64,000 bases of DNA from Octopus sinensis (lineage: Eukaryota), in the NCBI RefSeq assembly GCF_006345805.1, contig NC_043007.1, positions 23,436,001 through 23,500,000 on the forward strand, in the 5' to 3' direction. Under the pieces are notes generated by a model. The model searched no databases and had not been told where the DNA came from. It was given only the letters and a program-made list of their open reading frames with translations. Both the position numbers and the translations under genes were made by a program. Position 1 is the first letter of the stretch; the number at the start of each line of letters is the position of its first letter. Shown here one piece after another: positions 12,901 through 25,466 of this stretch.

Positions 12901-14744
12901 AAAATCACGTTAAAAAGAAGCAACAGCAGCAAACCGTTTCCGCTAGTTGGGAGGGTGGGGTGGGGTGTTTTTGTTTCTTTGTTGGTTTTTTTTTCATATT
13001 GCATTTTAAAACTATAACAGATGTAGCCAATTCCTTTTTGTATTCTTTTTAAATTTGTTTTTGTTTTGTTTTTCTTTTTGTATGTACGGTATTTATTTTA
13101 TAGCTTTTCTCCTCTTCCTCCATGCAAAAAAAAAGTATATAGACACTCCTTAGATATAAAACACAAGGGCGAACAAAGGAGAGAAAACCTCAGTACGATC
13201 TATCGACCTCAACCTACTAGAAATAGCACCCATACCTCCCTCATATCTGACATTACCACGCTAAAATGGGAAGGAGATATCTGCAGACTATGTAAAGTTT
13301 TTACATTGTACCACTATTTGTTCCACTGTCACAACTGACTCTTAATATTGGTTTCGAATCTTGGCTCAAGGCCAGCAATTTCGGGGAACGGTAAGCCGAT
13401 TGTAATCCAGCTCACCGCTTTACTACCGGCTCTTAATATTAAGCTGACACAAGGCGGCGCGCTGGCAAAATTGTTAGCACGTCGCTCAAAACGCGTAGCG
13501 ATATTTCGTACGTCTTCACGTTCTTAGTTCAAATTCCGCTGAGGTTGACTTTGCCTTTCATCCTTTCAAGGTCGATAAAATAAATACCTATTGAATACTG
13601 GGGCTCGACGTAATCGACCTACCCTTTCCCCCAAGATCGCTGGTCTAATGTCAAAATTACCATTATCATAAGGCGGTGAGCTAGCAGAATCGTTAGTATA
13701 TCTGACAAAATGCCAAGCGGTATTTCTTCTGGCTTTACGTTCAGAGTTCAAATCCCGCCGAAGTCGACTTTGTTTCTCATTCTTTCGAGGTCGGTAAAAT
13801 AAGCACTAATCGAGCACTAGAATCGAACTAATCAACTGCTCCCCATATGCACAATTTCAGGCCTTGTACCTATAGTACAGTGGAGGCACATGGCCTCGTG
13901 GTTAGACCAGCGGACACACGGTCGAAGGATCGCGGGATTGAATCTCAGACCGGGCAATGAGCGAAACACCTAAGCTCCGGCTCCGGCAGAAGGTAATGGC
14001 GAACTTCTGCTGACTCTTTCGCCACAACTTTCTCTCACACTTTCCTCCTGCATCTTGCAGCCCACCTGCGACGGACCGGCGTCCCGTCCAGGTGGGGAAC
14101 CTATACGCCAAGGAAACCAGGAAACCGGCCCTTATGAGCCAGGCATGGCTCGAGAAGGAACAAACAACAAACAACCTATAGTACAAAGGGGAAACATGTA
14201 TACGGCAACTGCAATCCGAGATGCCCTTCAAAAAACAAGATTGAGGGGGGTGGTCAAAGCTTTAATGCCTGCAGCATAACAGCAAAACATCAACAAGAAT
14301 AACGCCGAGGAAGAGGAAATTCTGAAGAAGGGAGGGGTGATATTATTGAAACGTTAACATATCGTGCAGGTCCTATAAAAGAATCATGTTGCGTTATGAA
14401 TGTAATTATGTAAATCGGACATTCCTTCACACTGACGTCTCTCTAAAGACAAAGTGGCTAATAGCTTGTTGAATAATTGAACACACACCCACCCACACAC
14501 ACACACACACACGCATACACACACACACGCACACACACACACATTTATATGCACTCACACACACGTATGTGTTCAAGTTATCAGAAATATAAATTATGCA
14601 CACATACAAGTATACACATGTACGATTATACATAAATACATATACATGCATACGTTCATGCATGCATATATGCATACATATGGACGTATATATGCGCGCA
14701 CGTGTGTGTGCGTAAAAGAGAAAAGGAGAGGAAGAGAGAGAGAG

Positions 14745-15390
14745 AGATTGTATGCAAAGCTCTGACCGACTTTTAGCATTTATATAAAGTACAAACATGA
14801 TATTTAATACTGCAAATTTAATCATCTATACAATTTTCTTCATTTTCTATCACTTCCCTCCATCTATCTGTAATTTTTTGAATGCCTGATTTCAAAAATT
14901 CCTTCTGTTTGAATTAAAATGCGTATTTAATTCACTTTTTTATATCTCCCTTGCTGGCCATGCTTTTCTCATCAAAATAGTTTTGCAAAGATCTGAAGAT
15001 CTAAATGAGCGGAAGTTTAATGGCGGAAGGTCTGGAATATCGAAAATGTAGCATTTTTTTCCAATCCGGACAATTCCAGAACATTTTTCGTGACTTGAGC
15101 AGTATGAGATCGAGCATTATCTTGATGGACGAGAAAACTCCCCTACGCAATATTAAGGGCAGAAACTTTTTCTATCCAAAGCAGTCTTCAAACGGTTCAA
15201 TTGATGGCGTTAGACTTCAAAAATTATTGCTTGATTCGCCTTAAAAGCTCGTAATGAATAATTTCTTCCACATTCCCTCAAACGCCCAATTAAATTCCTT
15301 TTCGGTGAAATCTATCTCATAGATGTGGTACAGGATTTTGATTTTGGCTCAGCCATTCTCTGCAATGTTTAATATCACTGTAAACAAAAA
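14745..15390 (-). pseudogene. Mariner transposase remnant (C-terminal half)
   Basis: ..KEFLKSGIQKITDRWREVIENEE plus degenerate HHDNARPH and PYSPDLAPSDY regions. Confidence 0.65.
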
Positions 15391-15496
15391 TTTCATACAT
15401 ATACATATCATTGTATATATTATATACATATATAAATTAACAGAATGAGATAAAAATCAAGGCTTTGAAAGATTTCAGAACATTTATAAATAGAAT

Positions 15497-15545
15497 GTCT
15501 TACAGCTGTTTCGGGATATTTTATATATATCCCTTCATCGGAGAC
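15497..15545 (-). ncRNA. Minimal type-I hammerhead ribozyme candidate
   Basis: GTCT-CCGATGA-A-GGGATAT-atataaa-ATATCCC-GAAA-C-agct-G-TA-AGAC: 4-bp stem I, 7-bp stem II, palindromic ACAGCTGT stem III, GUA cleavage triplet. U4 is replaced by C. Confidence 0.7.
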
Positions 15546-15917
15546 GGGGTGAGAAAATGGTTAAGCAATAGTTATTCTAGATAAGATATGAAATAGAGAG
15601 TGAAGCGGAGGAATGAAAATATACGTGAGATATGCAGGGATATTGTATCTTCAGTTTCATTATTTAGGCAGAATGGTATACATATAAGATTCCAGTACCT
15701 TGTAAGTTCTAAACGCTATGCTTGGAATGACCAATTTTAAATACTATTGGAACTTACTCACAAGGTACTGGAATCTTATATATATACCATTCTGCCTAAA
15801 TAATGGGACTGAAGATGCAATATCCCTGCATATCTCACGTCTGTTTTCATTCCTCCACTTCACTCTCTATTTCATATCTTATTTAAAATACTTATTGCTT
15901 AACCACTCTCTCACACC

Positions 15918-15965
15918 GTCTCCGATGAAGGGATATATATAAAATATCCGAAACAGCTGTAAGAC
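15918..15965 (+). ncRNA. Minimal type-I hammerhead ribozyme candidate (second arm)
   Basis: Same motif as the left arm, with one C missing from stem II. Confidence 0.6.
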
Positions 15966-16071
15966 ATTCTATTTATAAATGTTCTGAAAACTTTCACAAC
16001 CTTGCATTTTTATCTCATTCTGGTAATTTTATATATATATATATATATATAGATATATAATATATATATAT

Positions 16072-16131
<60 letters not shown>

Positions 16132-16591
16132 ATACACATGCTGATATATGACCTACGTTGGACTCCTCGTTCGCATAATCACCGAACTGGAGCTTAACTA
16201 TAGTCTGTCCATAGCACTTACTCAGCATTACCTGACACCTTGAGTCTTCTCGACACCATTACCTCTCATAACACTTCCCATATATATATATGCACCACAT
16301 ACATATGTATGTATGTATGTATGTATGATGATGTAGTATGTATGTATGATGTATGTATGTATGTATGTATGTATGTATATTATATATATATATATATTAC
16401 TAAGCAATAAAGGGTTTAGCAACGAATGCCATTACCACATACCGAATTTAGAAATAGCAGTCAAGGGTTACAGCTATTTCTTCTACTAAAAACGGGAGAT
16501 CTCAGTAAAAACAGCAATTGGAAGGCAGACACAACAGGTAAGAGAGAATGAATTGACTGCAATCTATCATACATTTTTAAGTTATCTACGG

Positions 16592-16685
16592 ACGTACGTT
16601 TCGAAATCAATTTTAGGAAAGCATAAGAATTAAATATAAATATTAAATAATTCTATCTTACCGAAACTTCTTTTCTCTTCAGCGT
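16592..16685 (-). ncRNA. Possible hammerhead motif with long stem II
   Basis: ACG-CTGAAGA-GAAA..(~67 nt)..TTTC-GAAA-CG-TA-CGT: 3-bp stem I, zero-loop ACGT stem III. Confidence 0.35.
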
Positions 16686-16799
16686 AGAATACTATAATCA
16701 TAAATGATATATATTGAATTTTGAGATACTAGAAGGCACCAACTCAACTCAGTATCAGAGCGAGCTAGAAATATATATATATGTATAATATATATATAT

Positions 16800-16830
<31 letters not shown>

Positions 16831-17089
16831 ACCATGTATGTTTGTATGCACACACACAAATACATAGTCTTTTACTGGTTTCGGTCACATGCTTGCGGCT
16901 ATGCTGGGGCACCACCTTTAAGTGTTTGTAATCGACCGTGTCAACCATATTTATAAAGAACCTATCGTGGAGCCAAGCAAATTGCATGCTCGTCGCATTA
17001 TACTGTATGAGTTTCATTGAGGTTTCTATGCAAGCGAAGCGGTCACATATACTCAAGAGAATTATGATCAATTCAGGCATGGTAATTTA

Positions 17090-17330
17090 ATTTGCATTAT
17101 GAGCCTAGAGCAGTATGTCTCTCGAATTGGATGACGAAATTCTAGATTCAACGTTTTCAAGGAACCCTGCTGTAACAATGAGAGCTTTCCACTGAATTTA
17201 ATGCCAGTATTATGACCGTTCATAATTACTTGAAAAGGACAGGAAAAGTTTTAAAGTAGGGAAATAGGTTTCTCATATTCTTTCAGCTGCAGGTCGGCAA
17301 CTAAGGTTTTACTTTTGTGAATCGCACCCA
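17090..17330 (+). pseudogene. Mariner transposase N-terminal remnant
   Basis: SLELDDEILD..NPAVTMR..GK..K..VSH.LS pattern. Confidence 0.45.
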
Positions 17331-18192
17331 TACTCCTAACCTCCAAGCACTATTTCTAAAACCAGATTTTGGCTGGAGATGCTAAATAGCTTCTTTACTG
17401 TAAAATTTGTTTCAAATTTAGGCACAAAGCCAGCAATTTTATGGGAGAAAGTAGTCGATTACAATGCCACGGTGATCAAGTGGTACTTGTTTTATCGACC
17501 CAGGAAGAATAAAAGGCGAAGTCGACCTCGGCGGAATTTGAACTCAGAACGCAAAGACAGATGAAATGCCGTTAAGCATTTTGTCCGACGTGCTAACGAT
17601 TTTTATATTTCTTTACTGCCCACAAGGGGCTAAACATAGAGGGGACAAACAAGGACAGACAAACGGATTAAGTCGATAACATCGACCCCAGTGCGAAACT
17701 GGTACTTTATTTATCGACGCCGAAAGGATGAAAGGCAAAGTCGACTTCGGTGGAATTTGAACTCAGAACGTATCGGCAGACGAAATACTGCTAAGCATTT
17801 CGCCCGGCGTGCTACCGATTTTGCCAGCTTGACGCCTTAGCTTTTGTTTGTATATTACAACAGGCATTTGTAAAGCTTTATCGTTGTCGTGGCACTCCGT
17901 CGGTTACGACGACGAGGTTTCAGTTGTTCCGATCAACGGAACAGCCTGCTTGTGAAATTAACGTGTAAGTGGCTGAGCACTCCACAGACACGTGTACCTT
18001 AAATGTAGTTCTCGGGGAGATTCAGCGTGACACAGTGTGTGGCAAGGCTGGCCCCTTTGAAATGCAGGTACAATAGAAACAGGGAGAAAGAGTGAGAGAA
18101 AGAGTACAGCATGATTTGCCACCTCGCCCACCCCGCCGGAGCCTCGTGGAGCTTTGTGTTCTTTCGCTCAATGAACACTCAAAATGCCGGTA

Positions 18193-18230
<38 letters not shown>

Positions 18231-18839
18231 TCCCTCACCACCACTTGACAACCAGAGTTGGTTTGTTAACGTCCCCGTAACTCAATAAGTCAGGTGCCAG
18301 TTAGAATAAGTGCCAGTTAGAATAAGTCAGGTGCCAGTCTACTAAGGGGTCTTTGATTGATTCCCGTTACCCATATAGACGTTCACTTCCCCAGATGTTG
18401 CGTTATCTAATAAGCCCAGTGCTTATTCTAAAGGTTATCGACCCTCTAGAATTCCCTCGCGCAGCATGCATTCCCAGTTACCCTCTACGTAAAGCTGTAC
18501 AAGAAGGACGTTAACCTCGTCGACCTAAACGTCCTCCGATGTCTGGATATAGCTCATTCTTCTGTACAATCCCCACACAACATTTTATGGGATAGACTGG
18601 AATTTTTTCCCCGTAGAAACTATAGCACTCATCTGCTTTATGTCACGAAAGAGCCAGCAAAAAAAAAACTAACAGTAGTGGGAACCAAACCAGTACACGT
18701 GTACTCATTACAAGTTTTCTATGATGTCTGGAGTGCAACAGATCATCTTACAATTAAAGCTATCGTGTAAAGTACATTAACTCTGCCAAGTGCATGGCTT
18801 GGTTCTACAACAAGCGATTGCACAATAATGTCTGTGTGG

Positions 18840-19450
18840 TGTGTGTGCGCCGAATTGGTACGACTGTATGTGTGATGTACGTACGAGCGCATGTATGTGT
18901 GTATGTACGAGCGCATGTATGTGTGTGTATGTGTGTATGTGTGTACGAGCGCATGTATGTTTGTGTGTACGAGCGCATGTATGTGTGTGCATGTGTGTGT
19001 GTACGAGCGCATGTAAGTGTGTGTATGTGTGTATGTGCGCGCGCATGTATGTGCGTGTATGTGTGTGTGCGTCGAATTCATACGACTGTATGTGCGTGTG
19101 TGTACGTACGAGCGCATGTATGTGTGTGTGGTGTGTGTGTGTGTGTGTGTACGAGCGCATGTAAGTGTGTGTGTGTGCGCGCGCATGTATGTGTGTGTGT
19201 GCGTCGAATTCGTACGACTGTATGTGCGTGTGTGTACGTACTAGCGCATGTATGTGTGTATGTACGAGCGCATGTATGTGTGCGTGTACGAGCGCATGTA
19301 AGTGTGTGTATGTGTGTGTGTGCGCGCTCATGTATGTGTGTGTGTGCGTCGAATTCGTACGACAGTATGTGCGTGTGTGTACGTACGAGCGCATGAATGT
19401 GTGTGTGTGTATGTGTGTGTGTGCACGCAACGTGCATAAACATGTGCGCG
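18840..19450. repeat. Higher-order CpG-rich minisatellite
   Basis: GTACGAGCGCATGTA repeated about a dozen times; GCGTCGAATTCGTACGAC-like anchors at ~18848, 19070, 19202 and 19347. Confidence 0.9.
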
Positions 19451-19616
19451 CGCATGTGTTTCTATGAAGTAGTGATTTTGTGCATGCGAGTAGGAAAGGA
19501 TGTTTGTGGTGAGAAAACACTATTTGCGGGTAATTGCACGTGAGTGTGTTTGCGTGCGGTATGAGAATGTCTGCTTATGTACGTGTACACACACACACAC
19601 ACACACACATACACAT

Positions 19617-19648
<32 letters not shown>

Positions 19649-19850
19649 CACAAGGGAAAAAAGAGCGAGGAGGCAGAGGGTCGTATAAGAATCAAATATC
19701 TTTTCGGTGTATTTCTCAGACATATTTCTCTTTATTACCATTTTTACGATGGAATTCAAGAAATTCTTAATACTTTGTATAATATTCCGTTCTCTCCCGT
19801 ATGCATTTATTTGAACATATTCAGCAACGTATACATAAATACAAACAAAC

Positions 19851-20260
19851 ATGGCTGTGTGGTAAGTAGCTTGTCAACCAACCACATGGTTCCGGGTTCA
19901 GTCCCACTGCGTGGCACCTTGGGCAAGTGTCTTCAATATAGCCCGGGCCGACTAAAGCCTTGTGAGTGGATTTGGTAGACGGAAACTGAAAGAAGCCCGT
20001 CGTATATATGTATATATATATATATATATGTGTGTGTATTTGTGTGTGTTTGTGTCTGTGTTTGTCCCTCTAGCATTGCTTGACAACCGATGCTGGTGTG
20101 TTTATGTCCCCGTTACTTAGCGGTTCGGCAAAAGAGACCGATAGAATAAGTACTGGGCTTACAAAAGAATAAGTCCCGGGGTCGAGTTACTCGATTAAAA
20201 AAGGCGGTGCTCCAGCATGGCCACAGTCAAATGACTGAAACAAGTAAAAGAGAAAAGAGT
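19851..20260 (+). mobile_element. tRNA-derived CORE-like SINE with internal (TA)/(TG) microsatellite
   Basis: GGTTCAGTCCCACTGCGTGGCACCTTGGGCAAGTGTCTT head/core. Related copies at ~1126-1435+, 3330-3836+, 36989-37413+, 40726-41075-, 45505-45912+, 57215-57638+ and 62595-62947-. Confidence 0.9.
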
Positions 20261-20439
20261 AAATGCCTACGTACGAACAGGCATACGCACACACACATAC
20301 ACACGCACGCGCGCGCGCACAGACAAGCAGGCAGGCAGGCATATTCTTCTCTGAGCAGCCACGACCGCGAGATGTGTTTCGCCAAGCCGCACCAGAAATT
20401 TGTTAGTTTTTTCAGTCCAATTTCATGCTGCGTGTCTCT

Positions 20440-21280
20440 GCCAATAACCTAAACGTAGTTGAGAGTTCTTCTTCCGCTATTAGGGTGCGGAAGTCTCCAA
20501 GAAGTAACATCTGATATGGTTTGATGTTCAGCACGATAGCAGTGGCCAACAAAGCCCACCATCCGTTGGTAACAATAGTAGAGATGAGTGAAATGTGTAA
20601 ATAAATCTTCTGTTTGGCCTTGGGCACTCGCCACGAGATGTTGTCAGTCCTCATGGGAAGCTTAGCATACAAACCATCAAAACAATCTTGAAGTTTCCTC
20701 TTCATAGTGTAAGATTTTATTTTCATACTTCTTGTTTAGCACTCCGTCGGTTACGACGATGAGGGTTCCGGTTGATCCGATCAAAGGAACAGCCTGCTCG
20801 TGAAATTAACGTGTAAGTGGCTGAGCACTCCACAGACAGGTGTACCCTTAACGTAGTTCTCGGGGATATTCAGCGTGACACAGAGAGTGACAAGGCCGGC
20901 CCCTTGAAATACAGGTACAACAGAAACAGGAAGTAAGAGTGGGAGAAAGTTGTAGTGAAAGAGTACAGCAGGGATCACCACCATCCCTGCCGGAGCCTCG
21001 TGGAGCTTTAGGTGTTTTCGCTCAATAAACACTCACAACGCCCGGTCTGGGAATCGAAACCGCGATCCTAAGACTGCGAGTCCGCTGCCCTAACCACTGG
21101 GCCATTGCGCCTCCACTTATTTTCATTCAAATGAATGCTCTCTACAAGTGCCTTGTTAACTTATAAACTTTAATTTTAGAATTCTTAATTTTTATTATGT
21201 GAACCTTCTTCCAGTCACTCCGGGGTTATTAGTGCTTTTCAGGAAAACTTTCCTATTGTCAGCAACATAGGACCCACTAA
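20440..21280 (-). mobile_element. RTE-clade LINE remnant interrupted by a SINE
   Basis: ALVESI..DGLY..NISWR..GHCYRAEHQTISD..SGRRTLNY across frameshifts. Confidence 0.65.
20727..21116 (-). mobile_element. Near-identical inverted copy of the 39619 SINE
   Basis: TSD ttattttcat. Relatives at ~2947-3188+, 13879-14178+ (TSD ctatagtaca), 17891-18180-, 21288-21620-, 23617-23924- and 37928-38165-. Confidence 0.92.
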
Positions 21281-21629
21281 TCGGTCGGGACGCCCTTTAG
21301 TCACGACACTGACCATGGGATTGCACCTAGAAAGTTACCCTCCTAGTCACAAGTCTGGGCAAGGTGGTTTATGGAAGACCAGCAGTCGCCCATGCATACC
21401 GGCTTCTCCTCTCCACGCCACCAGTGTTATCCAAGGGAAAGGCAAACGCCGATACAGCTTGGCACCCGTGACGTCGCAACTCATTTCTACAGCTGAGTTA
21501 ACTGGAGCAACGTGAAATAAAGTGTCTTGCTCAAGAACACAATATGCAGGTCCGGGATTCGGGCTCACAACCTCACGATTGTAAGCTCGACGCTCTAACC
21601 ACTGAGCCATGCGCCTTCACTATAAGATC

Positions 21630-21760
21630 CACTAATGAGTTTCCAATAACAGAAGAAATCCTTCAAGGAGACACTTTGCTCTTTTTCGTTTTCCATACGA
21701 AAAGTTTTCACTCTGTCCAAAGCAAAGGCCTTACCATCAAAAAGATTTCATCTAACATAT
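21630..21760 (+). mobile_element. LINE reverse-transcriptase fragment
   Basis: TNEFPITEEILQGDTL resembles the RTE-type GVLQGDTLAP motif. Confidence 0.45.
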
Positions 21761-22167
21761 TCCCCTCTCAGATTCACTGGCTTGTTGCAGCGGTCCTTCA
21801 GTTTTTCTAAATTCTATAAAAGAATTCGGTTGAGCCTCCAACCAGGACTCTCGCGACTCCCTTAAAGCCAGGAACTTTTCAGCACCTCCTCGTACATGCT
21901 CTTTCTTCCTTCCCTCTTTCTCCCTCTCTCTCTCTCTCTCTCTTCCTCTTTATTTTTCTACTTTCTCTTCCCCCCTCTCTCTCTCACATATGTACATACA
22001 CACACACACTATTTGCGTGTAGATGTTCTTGCAACGTTTCCTGAACATGCGTATCATATGACTTTGGCGATACTACAAACTTATATATATATATATCTAT
22101 ATATATATATTATATATATATATATATACATACATATACATATATAATACACACTCACACACACACA

Positions 22168-22205
<38 letters not shown>

Positions 22206-22559
22206 ACATGCACTCGTCATCACTGTGACAATTATATACACTACATACATCATCCAGGCCCACTCGCAAACGCGAGCTAGTCGGTTGATATTTAGCATTG
22301 ATAAGAATGTTCAAACTCTGTCGAACAAAACCAACGAGTAGCGGCATATTTCTGTCACCCAACACCAATTTGATCGAACTAATAACGAAAAGAAGAGTTT
22401 TAGGTACGTTAATGCAATTTAAACTTCCGCTTCATCTGCTTCTGTCTTAACTCCGGTTTATATTATATTATCGATGTTGCACTAGACAACTGAATGTGTG
22501 AATAGCATTTGTATTTCTGAATCTGAGAACCTGAGGCTAATTACACCGTAATGGTTTAC

Positions 22560-23160
22560 CTATTTCTTTACTACCCACAAGGGGCTAAACACAGAGAGGA
22601 CAAACAAGGACAGGCAAACTGATTAAGTCGATTACATCGACCCCAGTGCGCAACTGGTACTTATTTAATCGACCCCGAAAGGATGAAAGGCAAAGTCGAC
22701 CTCGGCGGAATTTGAACTCGTAACGTGAAGTCAGACGAAATACCTATTTCTTTACTACCCACAAGGGGCTAAACATAGAGAGGACAAACAAGGACAGACA
22801 AACGGATTAAGTCGATTATATCGGCCCCAGTGCGCAACTGGTACTTATTTAATCGACCCCGAAAGGATGAAAGGCAAAGTCGACCTCGACGGAATTTGAA
22901 CTCGTAACGTAGTGGCAGACGAAATACTTATTTCTTTACTACCCACAAGGGGCTAAACACAGAGGGGACAAACAAGGACAGACAAACGGATTAAGTCGAT
23001 TATATCGGCCCCAGTGCGTAACTGGTAATTATTTAATCGCCCTCGAAAGGATGAAAAGCAAAGTCGAATCGGCGGAATTTGAACTCAGAACGTAACGGCA
23101 GACGAAATACGGCTACGCATTCCGGCCGGCGTGCCAACGTTTCTGCCAGCTCGCCGCCTC
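22560..23160 (-). mobile_element. SINE trimer: two head-less 184-bp units plus one full copy
   Basis: Units 22560-743, 22744-927 and 22928-23160; 20-bp TSD attacaccgt(a/a)(a/g)tggtttac (one mismatch) at 22540-59 and 23161-80. Confidence 0.9.
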
Positions 23161-24121
23161 ATTACACCGTAGTGGTTTACAGCTGTATACTTCATCCTGT
23201 CCTATAAAAGACTGAATTATAAACTAATGAATCGTTTGTTACTAATGCATTGCTCCAGCCAAATCATGTAGCAAATTTTACTTACCCCCGTGATGCATAT
23301 TTATAAATATAATGTGCTGGTGTATCTCAGACATCATGGTTATAGTATAGTGAGACGATAGGGTAACTTCATCTCTCTCTTCTTTAGAACTTCCTCTTCC
23401 CCGACGTTTGTGGGAGAGGTTGGAAAATTAAAGGAAGAGGATGAATATTGTAACTGAATAAAACACCCTAACCACTAAGCTGCGAATCTTCACTCGCTTT
23501 GACACACTTTAAAAAAAAACTGTGTTCAGTGAGCAAGGCTGAAACTTTATTGATCCTGCCTACTCGACCAGAGTTAGTCTTTGCCTAAACAACAAACAAC
23601 AACAACGACAAAAAACTGGTACTCCGTCGATTGCGACGACGGGGGTTCTAGTTGATTCAATCAACGGAACAGCCTGCTCCTGGAATTAAGGCACAGGTGG
23701 CTGAGCACTCCACAAACACGCGTACCCCTAATGTAGTTCTCATGTTCAAGGTGACGCATTGAATGTAACAAAGCCGGTCTATTGAACGACTTGTACAACT
23801 CATTTTTATCAGCTGCGTGAACTAAAGCGTCTTGCTCAAGGACACCAATGCGTCGCCTTGTATTGAACACACGACCTTACAGTTGTGAGCCGAATGCCCT
23901 AACCACTAAGCCAGGTGCCTTCACTTACAACGACAGCTGCAATGTATATACGTCACTTAACAAAATCTGCTATTTCATAAAAACAAAATCCGATTTTCTG
24001 ATATTTTTAAAATGTTGAGATTAATGCTATTATAAAAATGTAAGTGGTGATTATTTTCGAAGATTTTAAAGTTTTATCTCATTTCTTTTGTGTATGCTGT
24101 TGAATTTTCTTTCTTCCAATT

Positions 24122-24123
24122 TT

Positions 24124-24169
<46 letters not shown>

Positions 24170-24183
24170 ATATCATTATTATT

Positions 24184-24263
<80 letters not shown>

Positions 24264-24285
24264 CATCATCATCATCATCATTATT

Positions 24286-24341
<56 letters not shown>

Positions 24342-24349
24342 TATTATTA

Positions 24350-24410
<61 letters not shown>
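24122..24410. repeat. (CAT)n/(TAT)n compound microsatellite
   Basis: Visible directly. Confidence 0.95.
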
Positions 24411-24411
<1 letters not shown>

Positions 24412-24695
24412 CAAAATATAGACTAATTAAGTTAAAGTAATTTGTCTACGGTATCCGGTCAAAATAAATGTGTCTTTATCATACAAAAACCAATCATTAA
24501 AAAGCATTCTATGCATTTCTACCACGATTTTAAAATAAGATACAGAAGTAGAGCAGAAAATAATTACCGATTTCCTTTGGCGTGAATGAAATGCTAACGA
24601 TACACATTTGCGACAATTAAAGATACGTTATGCAGATTGTTTTCCAAACTTCTGCTCGAAAAAAGTTACTTCTAAAGAAGAGATTGGATCTCATG

Positions 24696-24726
<31 letters not shown>

Positions 24727-24860
24727 ATCCTTGTATAAATACAAAATAATAACAGTTCGACTCAGGTTCTCATTATTTAAAGTTTTGTGAATGTAGGACA
24801 CGTCTGCCTCATCAGACATTCTGTCCGGAGACAGCCTCTCTCTCCCTCTCTCTCACTCTT

Positions 24861-24907
<47 letters not shown>

Positions 24908-25466
24908 ATCTCTCTCTCTCTCTCTCTCACTCTCTCTCTCTCTCTCTCCTCTCTCCGAGCATCTGATGAGATTATACACGTGTCCTTTCTACAAAACTTT
25001 GAGAAATTTGTATTTTTATTAAATTCATGTTAACTCCAACTAAATGTGGTGATATTACTTTCTTCCGTTAGTTCACTCCCTCGTGTGTGTGTATGTGTGT
25101 GTATGTGTGTGTGTGTGTGGCTTAGTTCATGAGACAATACGCACATATGATATAAATATGGGACGAAGCTCGGGAGCAGGAAATAGGTGTTGAACATGGA
25201 AAGACTGAGAAGTGGTTTCAATTTCCTATTGAAACTACTTCACATTCTTCTGCTTTCTTCGTGGTTGCATCTGGAAACGCACGAATGTTGCAAAACAGGG
25301 ATATATTGTGAATAGATAAAATAAAAACTTACAAATATGGCATCAACACCTGCACATATAAAACACTTACACACACACACACACACACACACACAACAAC
25401 AACAACAACAACAACACATTAACAACAACAACAATAACAACAATAATAATAATAATAATAATAAAT

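Larger units (their letters stand above)
15431..16030. mobile_element. Fold-back element: inverted pair of PLE-type pseudo-LTRs (family B), one HHR per arm
   Basis: Arms ~15431-15709 and ~15750-16030 are reverse complements with a 40-bp spacer; TA-rich flanks on both sides. Confidence 0.8.

Noticed and set aside
11828-12913. 361-aa and poly-Met/Ile/His ORFs over (ATC)n, and similar ones at 24066-24440, 27050-27590 and 35375-36581
   Set aside because: Microsatellite translations open in several frames, with no flanking splice or domain evidence.
18840-19450. CRISPR-like repeat/spacer appearance
   Set aside because: The spacers are themselves repeat subunits of variable length; eukaryotic context and no cas genes.
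20781-21032. Same ~80-aa ORF (MFIERKHLK..) here and at 39703-39948
   Set aside because: Both lie inside copies of one SINE; not a duplicated gene.
21560-21620. tRNA-like sequence on the minus strand
   Set aside because: It is a SINE head continuing into core and tail, with no complete acceptor stem.
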